A DNA stretch of 63,657 bases, filler included, from Chiloscyllium plagiosum (GCF_004010195.1; 4 parts of one record of this genome joined end to end with filler, not necessarily neighbours in it); one strand, 5' to 3'. Counted from the first letter of the whole stretch, positions 38,570 through 51,065 are shown. Notes: generated from the letters alone by a model not told the origin. A program made the numbers and translations.

Positions 38570-40680
38570 TGTACTCTGGGTGGGGGATTTCAATGTCCAT
38601 CACCAAGTGTGACTCAGTAGAAGTACTGTTGAGCTGGTCGGCTCCTAAAGAACATAACTGCTAGGCTGAGTCTGCAGCTGGTGGTGAGGGAACCAACAAG
38701 AGGGAAAAACATGTTTGACCTCTTCATTACCAATTTGCGAGCTGCAGATGCACTTGTCCATGACAGTATCGATAAGAGCGACCACTGCACAGCCCATGTG
38801 GAGATGAAGTCCCACCTTCATATTGAGAATAGCCTCCATCGTGTTGTATAGCACTATCGCTGTGCTAAATGGGTCAGCGTTCGAACAGATCTAGCAACTC
38901 AAGATTGGAAATCCATGAGGCACTATGGGCCATCAACAACAGCAGCATTATACTCAAGCACAATCTACATTCTCATAGATCGGCATATCATTACCAGCAA
39001 GCCAGGGGATCAACCCTGATACAATAGAGAGTGCAGGAGGGCATACCAGGAGCAGCAGCAGGCATACCTAAAAATAAGGTGTCAACATGGTGAAGCCACC
39101 AAACAGGACTACTTACAAGCCAAACAGCATAGGCAGCAAGTGATAGACAGAGCTAAGCGACCCCACAACTAATGGAATAGATCTAAGCTCTGCAGTCCTG
39201 CCTAATCCAGTTGTGAATGATGATGGACTATTAAACAACAAGAGAAGGCTCCCCAAATATTTCCATCCTCAATGATGGAAGAGCCCAGCACATCAGTGCA
39301 AAAGATCAGACTGAAGCTTTCGCAGCAATCTTCAGCCAGAAGTGCCAAGTGGATGATCCATCTCGATCTCTCGAGTGGCCCCCAGCATTACAGATACCAG
39401 TCTTCAGCCAATTCGATTTGCACTTAGTGATATCAAGAAATGGTTGGAGACATTGGATACTGCAAACGCTACAGGCCCTGACGATGTTTCAGCAATAGTA
39501 CTGAAGACTTGTGCTCCAAAGCTTGCCACTCCCCAAGCCAAGCTGTTTCCAGTACAATTACAACACTAGCATATACCTGACAATATGGAAAATTGCCCAT
39601 ATCCTGTATGTAAAATGTAGGACAAATCCAAACCAGCCAATTACTACCCCATCAGTCTACTCTCAATGGAAGGTATCAACAGTGCTATCAAGCAGCACCT
39701 GCTCAGCAATAACCTGCTCAGTGACACCCAGTTTGAGTTCCACCAGGGCCACTCCTGACCACATTACAGCCTTGGTTCTAGCATGAACAAAAGAGCTGAT
39801 TCCAGAGGTGAGATGAGAGTGACAGCCCTTGACATCATGGCTGCATTAACTGGAATCAATGGAAATCTGGGAGAAAACTCTCTGGTAGTTAGAGTCATAC
39901 CTGGTACATAAGAAGATGGTCGTGGTTGTTGGAGTTCAGACATCTCAGCTCCAGGACATCTCTGCAGGAGTTCATCAAGGTAGTGTCCTAGGCCCAACAA
40001 TCTAAATTGCCTCATCAATGATCTTCCCTTCAACATCAAGTCAGAAGTAGCAATGTTCATAGATGACTGCATAATGTTCATCACCATTTGTGACTCCTCA
40101 GATATTGAAGGAGTCCAAGACCAAATGCAACAATATCTGGACAATATCCAGGCTTGGGCTGACAAGTGGCAAGTAACATTCATGACACACAAATGCCAGG
40201 CTATGGCTTTACCAATAAGAGACAATCTAACCATCACCTCTCAACATTCAATGGTGTTACCATCACTGAATCCCCCACTGTCAACATCCTGGAGATTATC
40301 ATTGACCAGAAACTCAACTGGATTCTTCACATAAACAGTAGCTACAAGGCAAGGAATATTGTGGTGAGTAACACACCTGATAACTCCCCAATCATCTGCA
40401 ATTGCTTTATCAATGATCTTTCCTCTAACATAAAGTCAGAAGAAGCAGTGTTCACCGAAGATTTCATAATGTTCAGCAACATTCATGAGTCCTCAGTATA
40501 CTGAAGGAGTCAATGTCCAAATGCAATAGGTTCTGGACAATAGCCAGGCTTGGGCTGGCAAATGGCAAGTAACATTCATGACACACAAATGTCAGGCTAT
40601 AGCTATCACCAACAAGAGACAATCTAACCACCGTCTCTTGACATTCAATGGTGTTGCCATCACTGAATCTCCCACTGTCA
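38570..40680 (+). mobile_element. CR1-like LINE ORF2 (second family), degenerate with a partial 3' repeat
   Basis: KKWL..LDT..ATGPD.V.AIVLKTCAP.LA.P; F.DDC.MF..I; QAWADKWQVTF seen at about 40150 and again at about 40545. Confidence 0.75.
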
Positions 40681-40900
40681 ATTCTGAATCCATGCAGCCA
40701 ACTCACTGTGGATCCTATGCATCTTAATCTTCTGGAAGAGCCTACCATGAGGGACCTTGTCAAAAACCTTACCAAAATACATGTATACAACATCCACTGC
40801 TCTACCATCATCGATCATCTTTGTCACCTCTTTGAAACATTTGATCAGTTTAATAAGATATGACCTGCCCTGCACTAGGTCATGCTGACTGTCCCTAATT
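40680..40900 (-). mobile_element. CR1 RT fragment
   Basis: DGRAVDVVYM.F.K.FDKVPHGRL (ORF 40678-40875). Confidence 0.8.
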
Positions 40901-40901
40901 A

Positions 40902-43900
40902 GTTAAAAATCACACAACACCAAGTTATAGTCCAACAGGTTTATTTGGAAGCACACTAGCTTTTGAGGTGCTGCTTCTCCCTCAGGTGATTGTGGAACAT
41001 GACCATACGACACAGAATTTATAGCAAAAAGATTACAGTGTCATGGAGCTGTAATGATATATTAAACAATTTTAGCTAAAAATCACATAACACCAGGTTA
41101 TAGTTATTAAATAAATTTAGATTAAGTTTTTCATCCTTTAGAATGGGATATGGTGGTTTAGGTTCTTTAATATAGAACATAGAACAGTACAGCACAGAAC
41201 AGCCCCTTCAGCCGACTGTGTTGTGCCGACCATTGATCCTCATGTGAGGTAAACCTCATGTATGAACCCTTAAATTTCTGTTACCATATGCATGTCCAGT
41301 AGTCTCTTAAATATCCCCAATGACCTCGCTTCCACAACTGCTGCTGGCTATGCATTCCATGCTCTCACAACTCTCTGCGTAAAGAACCCGCCTCTGACAT
41401 CCCCTCTATACTTTCCGCCAAACAGTTTAAAACTATGACCCCTCATGTTAACAATTTCTGCCCTGGGAAAAATTCTCTGGCTATCAACTCTATCTATGCC
41501 TCTCATTATCTTGTACACCTCAATTAGGTCCCCTATCTTCCTTCTTATTTCTAAAGAAAAAAGTCCGAGCTCAGTCAACCTCTCTTTGTAAGATAAGCCC
41601 TCCATTCCAGGCAGCATCCTGGTAATCCTCCTCTGAACCCTGTCCACATGTTCACTATAGTAGGGCACAGAACTGGACACAACATTCTAAGTGTGGTCTA
41701 ACCAAAGTTTAATAGAGCTGCAACAAGATTTCACGGCTCTGAAACTCAATCCCCCTGTTAATGAAAGCCAAAACACCATATGCTTTCTTAACAACCCTGT
41801 CCGCTAGGGTGGCAATTTTAAGGGATCTATGTACCTGCACACCAAGATCCGGCTGTTCTTCCACACTGCCAAGAATCCTGTCTTTAATCCTGTACTCAAC
41901 TTTCAAGTTCAACCTTCCATTTATCCAGGTTGAACTCCATCTGCCACCTCTCAGCCCATCTCTGCATCCTGTCAATGTCCCACTGCAGCCTACAACAGCC
42001 CTCTATACTGTCAACAACACTTCCAACCTTTGTGTCGTCTGCAAACATGCTAACCCATCCTTCAATCTCCTCATCCAAGTCATTAATAAAAATTACAAAG
42101 AGTAGAGGCCCAAGAACAGAGCCCTGTGGAACACCACTCACCACTGACTTCCAGGCAGAATACTTTCCTTCCACTACCACTCGCTGTCTTCTGTCAACCA
42201 GCCAATTCTGTATCCAGACAGCTAAATTTCCCTGTATCCCATTCCTCCTGACGTTCTGAACGAGCCTACCATGGGGAACCTTACCAAATGCCTTGCTGAA
42301 GTCCATATACACCACATCCACCGCTCGACCCTCATCAACTTGTCTAGTAACATCCTCGAAGAACTCAGTAAGATTTGTGAGGCATGACCTGCCCCTCACA
42401 AAGTTGTGCTGATTGCATTTAATCAAGCCATGCTCTTCCAGATGGTCATAAAATCCTATCCCTCAGAATCCTTTCTAACATCTTGCAGACGACAGACGTG
42501 AAACTGACTGGTCTGTAATTGTCGGGGTTTTTCTCTATTTCCTTTCTTGAAGAGAGGAATTACATTTGCCTCCCTCCAGTCCTCAGGTGGAGAGCAAGGA
42601 TGCAAAGATTTTCGCAAGTGGCGAAGCAATCACATTTCTCGCTTCCCAAAGCAGACCAAGGACAAATCTGATCTGGCCCTGGCAACTTGTTAATCTTTAT
42701 GTTTGTCAAAATTTTCAGCACATCAGCTTCCTCAATCTCTATCCGTTCCAGCATGCTTACCTGCTCCTCAATGGTTTCATTCAAGACAAGGTCCTTTTCT
42801 TTCATAAAGATGGAAGCAAAAAACTCATTTAGGGCTTCCCCTACCTCCTCAGACTCTATAAACAAGTTCCATATGCTATCCCTGATTGGCCCTACTCTTT
42901 CTTTGATCATTTTCTTATTCCTCACATACGTGTAAAATGCTTTTGGATTCTCCCTAATCCTTCCTGACAAGTCTTTTTCATGCCCCCTCCTGGCTCTCCT
43001 CAGACCTTTTTTGAGCTCCTTCCTTACCTGTCTGTAATCCTCTAGAGCTGAGCAAGACCCTTGCTTCCTCCACCTTAAGTAAGTTGCCTTCTTTCTTTTG
43101 ATGAGAAGCTCCTCTGCTCTCGTCATCCAAGGTTTCTTTATCTTACCCCTTCTTGCCTGTCTCAGAGGAACACATTTATGCATCACTTGCAACAACTCAA
43201 CAACTTCAACAGTCTCCACATGTCTATAATGCCCTTTCCATGGAACAATTGCTCCCAGAACATGCTTCCCAACTCACGTCTGATAGCATCATAGTTTTCT
43301 TTTCCCCTATTAAATATCCTCCCATTGTGCCTGCTTCTCTCCTTCTCCATAGCTATGTAGAATGTGAGGCAGTTGTGGTCACTATCACCAAAATGCTCTC
43401 CCACAGCAAGATCTGACACCTATCCCGGCACAATGCCGAGCACCAAATCCAAAATGGCCTCTCCCCTCATCAGCCTGTCAACATGTTGAGTTAGGAAACC
43501 CTCCTGAACACACCTTACGTGTAAATCTCAGAATTACATTCTCAAAATGGCATCAGCTTATCTAATAATAGGTGTCATCTCAGCTCAGACAATGCATTAA
43601 ATGTGTGAAGGTAAAGCGTGTACCAAGTTGAGTCAATTCTATTTCTAAAGTAGGGCTTACAGAATCTTACATGGGTTTATGCAGTTTTTGAGCAAAATAA
43701 AATTTAATTCTGTAAATACAGGTTTACCCCATAAACTTACATGTGTGAACGGGCAGGAGAGACAGAGTGGGTGTGTGCATGTGAAAGAGTGTGTGGATGT
43801 GTGTGTATAAGCTTGGTCAAGTATGTGCATGAGTATGATGGGGTATAAGCCTATGGGAGGGTACGCGCTTGGAGGTGACTGCAGGGCGTGCATTTGTGTG

Positions 43901-45075
43901 CGTATGAGAAAGAGCTTGTGTATGAGAGAGGGTCTATGTGAGTGTGTAATAATGTGTGTGAGAGAGAGAGTGTGTGAGGAAAAAGTGTATTGTGCAGTAG
44001 GGTCACCTGTAGTGTGATATGAACCCAGTGGGTTCCCCATGGGTATCCAACTTGGCTATCAGCTTTTGCTTGGCTACTTTGTGATGTTGCTTGTCCCAAA
44101 ATCTGTCTTGGAGTATGGTCACCCGGAGGTCTGAGATAGAATGTCTCAGACCGCTAAAATGTTCCCCGACTGGGAGGGAACACTCAAGTCTATTGATTGT
44201 TGTGCGCTGTCTGTTCATCTGTTATTGTAGTATCTGCTCAGTCTTGCAAATGTACCAAGCCTCAGGGCATCCCTCCTGCAGCCTATGAGATAGACAATGT
44301 TGGCTGAGTCACATGAGTACCTGCCGCGTACATGGTGGGAGGTGTCCCCACATGTAATGGTGGTATCCATGTCGACACACTGACACATCTTGCAGCGGCT
44401 GCCATGACAGCGTTGTGCGGTGTTGGGATCAATGTTGTCCTGAAGACTGGGCAATTTGCTGTGAACAATGATCAGTTTGAGTTTTGGTGGCTGTTTAAAG
44501 GCGAGACATGGAGGTGTGGGGAAGGTCTTGGCAAAGTGCTCGTCCTCATTGATAATGTGTTGCAGACCCGCGAGGAACATGGCATAGTCTTTCGGCTCCG
44601 GGGAAGTACTGGACAATAAAGGGCAGCCCGCGTCTGTCTCCTGAGGAGGTCATTGTGGTTTCTCAGCATTGGTACAGAATTTCCCATCACACATTTAATG
44701 CATTGTCTGAGTTGAACTGACACCTATTATTAGTTAAGCTGATGCCATTTTGAGAATGTAATTCTGAGTTTTACATATTAAATAACCTAAACCACCATAT
44801 CCCATTCCAACAGATGAAAGTCTTAATCTTAATTTGTTTAATAACTATAACCTGGTGTTGTGTGATTTTTAGCTAAAGTTGTTTAACATATCATTACAAT
44901 TCCATGATATTGTAACCCTTTTGCTATAAATTCTGTGTCGTACGGTCATGTTCCACAATCACCTGATGAAGAGGCAGTGCCTAAAGCTAGTGTTTCCAAA
45001 AAAACCTGTTGGACTACAACCCGGTGTTGGTTTTTAACTTTGTCCACCCCAGTCGAGCACCAGCACCTCCAAATC
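40902..45075. mobile_element. Neptune-type Penelope-like element with inverted arm, split by a CR1
   Basis: Minus-strand frames 44003-44616 show C...RCKMC, YSCDSANIVYLI.C and LPVGEHF (Zn-finger-like + GIY-YIG). 44686-45038 is the reverse complement of 40902-41173 joined to 43519-43608; tail 45039-45075. Confidence 0.8.
41173..43518 (-). mobile_element. CR1 LINE ORF2, 5'-truncated, inserted in the PLE
   Basis: ORFs 41348-43419(-): DSDHN, RENPKAFY, PQGSVLGPLLFVIFINDL, FADDTK; (atagaac)n tail. Confidence 0.92.
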
Positions 45076-45809
45076 GACCAAACCTCAGACAATGGGAGAC
45101 GTTGGGAAGGCAAGTCCTTCATGGTAAACTCAGCCGGTGTAGGTATTCAACACATGCTGTTAGCATCACACTGCTTTGCAAACCAACATTTCAGCCAACT
45201 GAGCCATAGAAGTTCACAATGCTGATATAAGGAAAGTAGGAGAGTTTCATGAGGTGAGATTGGTTTGACTGTATTCACTCGTGCTTGGAATAATGGAAGA
45301 TGATCTGCAGAGCTGGATAGACTAAATGCAAGGACGGATCTTTTCCCTGGTTGGGAAGTCTAAAACTAAGGGACACAATCTCAAAATATGGGGAAGCCCA
45401 TTTAGGATGGAGATGAGGAAAAACTTCTTCAGCGATAGGTAATAAACCAATGGAATTCACAGAAGGCTGTGAAGACCCAAGTCACTGAATCTATTCAATT
45501 AAGAAAGAGAATTTTATTTAGATTTTTAAAGGAATGAAGAGGTATGGGGAGAAAGCTGGAATATGACATTGAGATAGAGGATCAACTATGATCCGAATGA
45601 ATGGTAGATCAGGCTTGAGCGGCTGAATGACCTATTCCTGCTCCTAGTTTCTGTGTTTCAATAATTGCAAGAACCTTTGGGTTCTTTGAAACTTAGTCTA
45701 GATACACCTGCTTCCACTGAAACCTGAAGTAAAATTCCTTATTTGCTCCCAAAGACCGTATGACATCAGTAGAATGGGTAGTGTCATTTTAAGATGAACA
45801 TTAATACTT

Positions 45810-46305
45810 GTGGAACGTTTCAGAGAACACCTCTGGGGCACCCGCACCAACCAACCCAACCGCCCCATGGCTGACACTTTAATTCCCCCTCCCACTCTGC
45901 CAACGACATGCAAGTCCTTGGCCGCCTCCATCGCCAGACAATGGCAACACGACGCCTGGAGAAAGTGCGCCTCATCTTCCGCCGAGGAACCCTCCAACCA
46001 CAAGGGATGAATGCAGATTTCTCCAGCTTCCTCATTTCCCCTCCCCCCACCTTATCTCAGTCCCAACCCTCGGACTCAGCACCGCCTTCTTGACCTGCAA
46101 TCATCTTCCTGACCTCTCCGCCCCCACCCCCTCTCCGGGCTATCACTCTCACCTTAACCTCCTTCCACCTATCACATTCCCAGCGCCCCTCCCCCATGTC
46201 CCTCCTCCCTACCTTTTATCTTAGCCTGCTTGACACACCTTCCTCATTCCTGAAGAAGGGCTTATGTCCGAAACGTCGATTCTCCTGCTCCTTGGATGCT
46301 GTCTG
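45810..46305 (+). mobile_element. PLE 3' region: GIY-YIG end, C-rich 3' UTR and hammerhead-bearing arm
   Basis: ERFREHL...RPMA; RRLE..RLIFR.GTLQPQGMN.DFS.F; then the arm sequence shared with the 29139/47570 palindromes. Confidence 0.85.
46246..46281 (+). ncRNA. Minimal hammerhead ribozyme motif
   Basis: attc CTGAAGA a gggc ttat gtcc GAAA C GTC gatt; stem I is weak. Confidence 0.7.
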
Positions 46306-46319
46306 ATGAGTAATTCTTC

Positions 46320-47330
46320 ACAGTATTCCTAATCTCTGATTTGCTCTTGTAGCCACTGTTTTTATGTGGTGAGTCCAGTTGCATTTCTGATCAATAGCAA
46401 ACCCAAGATGATGATAGGGGGGAATTCAGAGATGGTAACCCACCATTAGATGTCAAAGTGAGGTGTTTGGATAGATTCTTATTGGAGATAGTAAATGTCT
46501 GGAATTTTTGTGGTGCAACTGTTACTTGCCATTTATCATCCCAAACCGAAATATTATCCAGATCTAGTTGCATTCGAACATGGACTGCTTCAGTATCTGA
46601 AGACTCACAAATGACACTAAACATTGTGCAATTATGGGCAAACATCCCCACTTCTGACCTTATGATGGAAGGAAGGTCATCAATGAAGCAGCTGAAGATA
46701 GAATCCCGACAGCATGGAAGCAAGCCATCGAGTGCACACCGATCCCATGGCGATTCCACCTGGCGTGCACATCCATGGATGCTCTAGGCAATTTAGCATG
46801 GCCAATCCACCTAACCTGCACATCTTTGAACTGTGAGAGGAAACCAAAACACCCAGAGAAAACCCATGTGGACACAGGGAGAAAGCGCAAACTCCACACA
46901 ATCACCCAAGGGTAGAATTGAACCAGGTCCCTGGCACTGTGAGGCAGCAGTGATAACTATGGTTTCGCGTAAGATACTTCCTTGAAGAATGACTGCAAAG
47001 ATGTCCTGGAGCTGAGATAGCTGACCTCCAACAGATACAACATTTTCCTATGTGCCAGGTAAAACTCCAACCAGCTGAGAGTTTGCTCCTTGATACCTAT
47101 CATTCCAGTGTTGCTAGAGCTCGTTGATACCACACTTGGTCAAATGGAGCCTTGATGTCAAGGACCGATACTCACACCTCACCTCTGAAATCCAACTCTT
47201 TTCTCCATGTTTGAACAAAGCTGTAATGAGATTAGGAGTTGAGTTGCCCTGGCAGAACCCAAACTGAGCATCACTGAGCAGATTATTGCTAGGTAGTTTC
47301 TGCTTGATAGCACTGTTAATGAATGTTTCT
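46320..47330 (-). mobile_element. CR1-like (second family) fragment split by a SINE at 46699-46960
   Basis: FSCFIDDLPSIIRSEVGMFA...DKWQVT (ORF 46391-46759); LLSDAQFGFCQG (47114-47341). Confidence 0.75.
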
Positions 47331-47569
47331 TCCTCTACCAACAGAGTTCTGAAATAACTAAGTCATCAGCTGTTTTAAAGTCAGAGTCTGAGAGCGGGAT
47401 GGAGCAATGATAAACCTACTTGGTAAATCTGATTTACTTATTTGTTGGTCTTCAATGCAAGAAGGTTTGAGTGAGAATAACAACATCTTCCTGCAACTGT
47501 GCAGGGTCTTAGTGAGACCAAACCTGAAATATTGTGAGCAGTTTTAATCTCCTTACTAAAGGAAAAAAT

Positions 47570-47774
47570 AGCTGAAAATGTGTTGCTGGAAAAGCGCAGC
47601 AGGTCAGGCAGCATCCAAGGAGCAGGAGAATCGACGTTTCGGGCATGAGCCGAAGAAGGGCTCATGCCCGAAACGTCGATTCTCCTGCTCCTTGGATGCT
47701 GCCTGACCTGCTGCGCTTTTCCAGCAACACATTTTCAGCTCTGATCTCCAGCATTTGCCGTCCTCACTTTCTCC
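47570..47774 (+). mobile_element. Short palindromic PLE-derived element
   Basis: Inverted arms 47570-47740, tail 47741-47774, TSD ctaaaggaaaaa(a)ta at 47556-47570 and 47774-47787; inserted in an old CR1 fragment. Confidence 0.9.
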
Positions 47775-48467
47775 TAAAGGAAAAATAAACTTACCATAAA
47801 TGGATTACAGTAAAGTTTAACCAGATGGCAGGTTTGTCCTGTGAGGAGAAGTTGGGTTAATTGAGTCTTTATTCACCAGAATCTTAGAAGAATGTGACGG
47901 GATCTCATTGGAGACATAAAATTCTGATGAGGCTGAACAGACTAGATGCATAGGATATTTCCCCTGGACAGGGAGGTCATAGTCTCAGGATATATGGCAG
48001 ACTAACTAAGACTGAAATAAGGAGAAATTTATTTACTCGGAGAGTGATGATGTGTAGAAATCTCTGCCAAGGAAGACCATGGAGGCCAAGTCACCAACTA
48101 TGTTTAAGAAAGTAAAATATTTCTGAAGACTGAAGCTACTAAGGAATGTGGGGAGGGAGGGGGCAAATAGAGGATAAGCCATTCTCATTAATCTTTTCTG
48201 CACCCTGTCTAATGCGCTCATATCTTTTCTAAAGTATTATGCCCAGAAATAAATGCAAAGCCTAAGTCAAAGCGGAACCAATATTTGATACAGGTTTAGA
48301 ACACCTGCTTTGATGATGCTGCAAAGATGACATAAAAACAAAAAATTCAGCCTGACTAGCAGCACTACTGTGGAGAGAAACAGCTAACATATGCATCTAA
48401 TTTGACTCTTCTTTAGAATTGAGTTTCACACCCTTCATCTGCTATTTGTGCTTGGCCACTATCTGAG

Positions 48468-48560
48468 CCTGATGAAGGGCTTATACCTGAAACATCAATT
48501 CTCCTGCTCCTCGGATGTTGCCTGACCTGCTGTGCTTTTCCAGCACCACACTCTCGACAT
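48468..48560 (+). mobile_element. Single-arm PLE piece starting at the hammerhead core, no tail
   Basis: cCTGATGAagggcttatacctGAAACATC...; TSD tatctgagcctg at 48460-48471 and 48561-48572. Confidence 0.8.
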
Positions 48561-48837
48561 TATCTGAGCCTGTCAGAGTTCCTCAAAGTAGTTGGAACTT
48601 TGACCATACTTCTTGAGTTTCTTTACCTCAAATTTTCGTGATGATTACATCTTGTGCTTCTAGTTTATCTTCTGATTTTTCTTGTCAGTCTTCTGGTTTC
48701 CTGGTTAAGAAATGAAATATATCCTTGCAGGTGTTGGTTATGATGGATTTCAGAGCAGATTAGATACTGAGGGCATTTTGTTGATCCTGCTTATTAAGCA
48801 TCGCTAGGTTGCTCATAATGCACTGTCTGAGTAGTGT

Positions 48838-50074
48838 TTGTGATTTTTGAGAAGATTTGTCACTCAGGTTGTAAGTTTGCTTGCTGAGCTGGTAGGTTTG
48901 TTCTCAGACGTTTTGTCACCATGCTAGGTAACATTATCAGTGATTCTGGATTAGTGGTGCTGGAAGAGCACAGCAGTTCAGGCAGCATTCAAGGAGCAGC
49001 GAAATCGACGTTTCGGGCAAAAGCCCTTCATCAGGAATGTCTGAAAACATCATCAGTGAGCCTCCACTGAAGCTCTGGGGTTCTGTCTCGTGTTCTATTT
49101 TTGTGTTTTGGCCTGTTCAGGTGGGTGATATCATTTCTGGGTTTTTTTCCAGAGGTTGGTAAATAGGGTCCAACTCGATGTGTTTATTGACGGAGTTCTG
49201 GTTTGAATGCCAGGGCTGTAGGAATTCCTGTGCGTGTCTTTGTTTTACCTGTCCTAGAATGGATATGTTGTCCCAGTCGAAGTGGTGTTCCTCCTTCGTC
49301 TGTATGTAAGGACACTAGTGTTAGTGGGTCATGTCTTATACAGCAGGACACTATTTAAATGGGCCACAAAACACTGCAGCAACCAGGAACCATGAGCGGC
49401 GGAAGAAAAATATCTATACAACGTTTTCAAGAACAATGCGTACATGATAAACACAGTCCACTGATTCTTAAACAACAAACCCAAACAAGAGACACAACAC
49501 ACCAGAGACTCTAGCCATACTACCATACATCAAAGACTACTCTGACCCCTTGGCATCATGGTAGCCCACAAACCTACCAAAACACTTAAACAGCAACTAA
49601 TGAACATAAAGGCACCTACATTAACAACTAGCAAAATGAATGTCCTATAGAAAATACTGCAACAAACACTACATGAGACAGACAGGCAGGAAGCTAGGCA
49701 CCAGGATACATGAGCACTGAAAGAAATGACCAACTATCACTAGCATCCTTACATACAAACAAAGAAAGACACCACTTCAACTGGGACAACACATCCATCC
49801 CAGGACAGGCTACACAGAGACATGCATTCCTAGAGGCCTGGCTTTCAAACCGGAACTTTATCAATAAACACATCAATTTGGACCCCATTTACCAACCTCT
49901 TAGAAAAAGAACAGGAAATGATATCACCCACCTTAAGAGACCAAGACACATAAATAGATAGCGGGACAGAACACCAGCGCTTCTCCAGAGGCTCACTGAT
50001 GATGGTACTTAACATGGTGATGAAATGTCTGAAAACAAACCCACCAGCTCAGTAAGCAAACTTACAACCTGAGT
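48838..50074. mobile_element. Penelope-like element, inverted pair of fragments
   Basis: Minus arm about 48846-49335 and plus arm about 49336-50074 (HHFNWDNTSI...FLEAW.S...INKHINLDPIYQPL); TSD ctgagtagtgt at 48827-48837 and 50069-50079; hammerhead-like core at 49996-50029. Confidence 0.85.
48944..49045 (-). mobile_element. Nested PLE arm with an intact hammerhead core
   Basis: Reverse strand reads cattcCTGATGAagggcttttgcccGAAACGTCgattt (core 49007-49034); TSD aacat(t/c)atcagtga at 48930-48943 and 49046-49059. Confidence 0.85.
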
Positions 50075-50403
50075 AGTGTATTCTCCTCAGAATCCTCGAG
50101 TCCATTGACATTGAATTTTTTTGCATATGCTGCCTTTTTAGGCTTGATGGAGACAGTAGACTGGATTAGGTAATAATCAGTTCAGTGATAGGATTAGGGT
50201 TAGTTTCAGTACCTCTCATAGTGTGGATGATGTGAACACCCTTGTGGTCCCTCACTAGAATGATGATTTTGATATGAAGTATTTGTTATGACCAGAAAGA
50301 ACATCCTACTGGTGTTTACCTTCACTATTCCTTCCTTTCCAATTATGCATTTCCATTTTACTTAAACACCCCCCCCACCATCCATTAGCTGTGTTGTGTT
50401 TCA

Positions 50404-50692
50404 TTAGATTAGACTACCTACAGTGTGGAAACAGGCCCTTTGGCCCAACCAGTCCACATCGACCCTCCGAAGAGCAACACCCTCTGGCTAATTAACTAAC
50501 ACTATGGGCAATTTAGCAGGCCAATTCACCTAACCTGCACATCTTTGGACTGTGGGAGGAAATCGGAGCATCCGGAGAAAACCGACACAGACACAGGGAG
50601 AACGTGCAAACTCCACACAGACAGGCTGGAATCGAACCTGGGACCCTGGTGCTGTGAGGTAGCAGTGCTAACCACTGAGCCACCATGCTGCC
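50404..50692 (-). mobile_element. HE1/V-SINE
   Basis: ttagattagact tail through gcagtgctaaccactgagccaccatgctgccc head. Confidence 0.88.
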
Positions 50693-51065
50693 CTTGTAAT
50701 TGTTGAGTTTGATCTCAGTGCACGGTAAAATAAGACTCCATTCAAATAAAAACTCCATTATTTTGTTTTCACTTGCAAAATGACAACTTCATATTTTCCC
50801 ATCTATACTCTATTTGCCAACTTTTTAGTCCACTTAACCTATCAATATATTTCTGTAAACTGTTTGTATCCTTCTCACAATTTGCCTTTACACGTATTTT
50901 TGCGTCATCTCCAAATCTGGCTACAGTAAATTTGCTTCCTTCTTCCAAGTTATTAATACATTCTGGTTAAATCAGATGACAATATATTAAATTAAATTGA
51001 GCCTTGTTTCAAGAAATTGTTATTGGAAACAAGTGTTTGCTAATTTAAATTTAATTTTCCTGTAG

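Noticed and set aside
47570..47740. Interpretation of the palindromes as MITEs, pre-miRNAs or CRISPR-like repeats
   Set aside because: Asymmetric tail, variable 14-17 bp TSDs and continuity with a GIY-YIG ORF at 45810-46305 indicate PLE origin; there is no repeat-spacer array.
48731..48806. Candidate for the missing exon after ccttgcag
   Set aside because: Phase-1 reading (GVGYDGFQSRLD...) has no PLAT motif and hits a stop codon.
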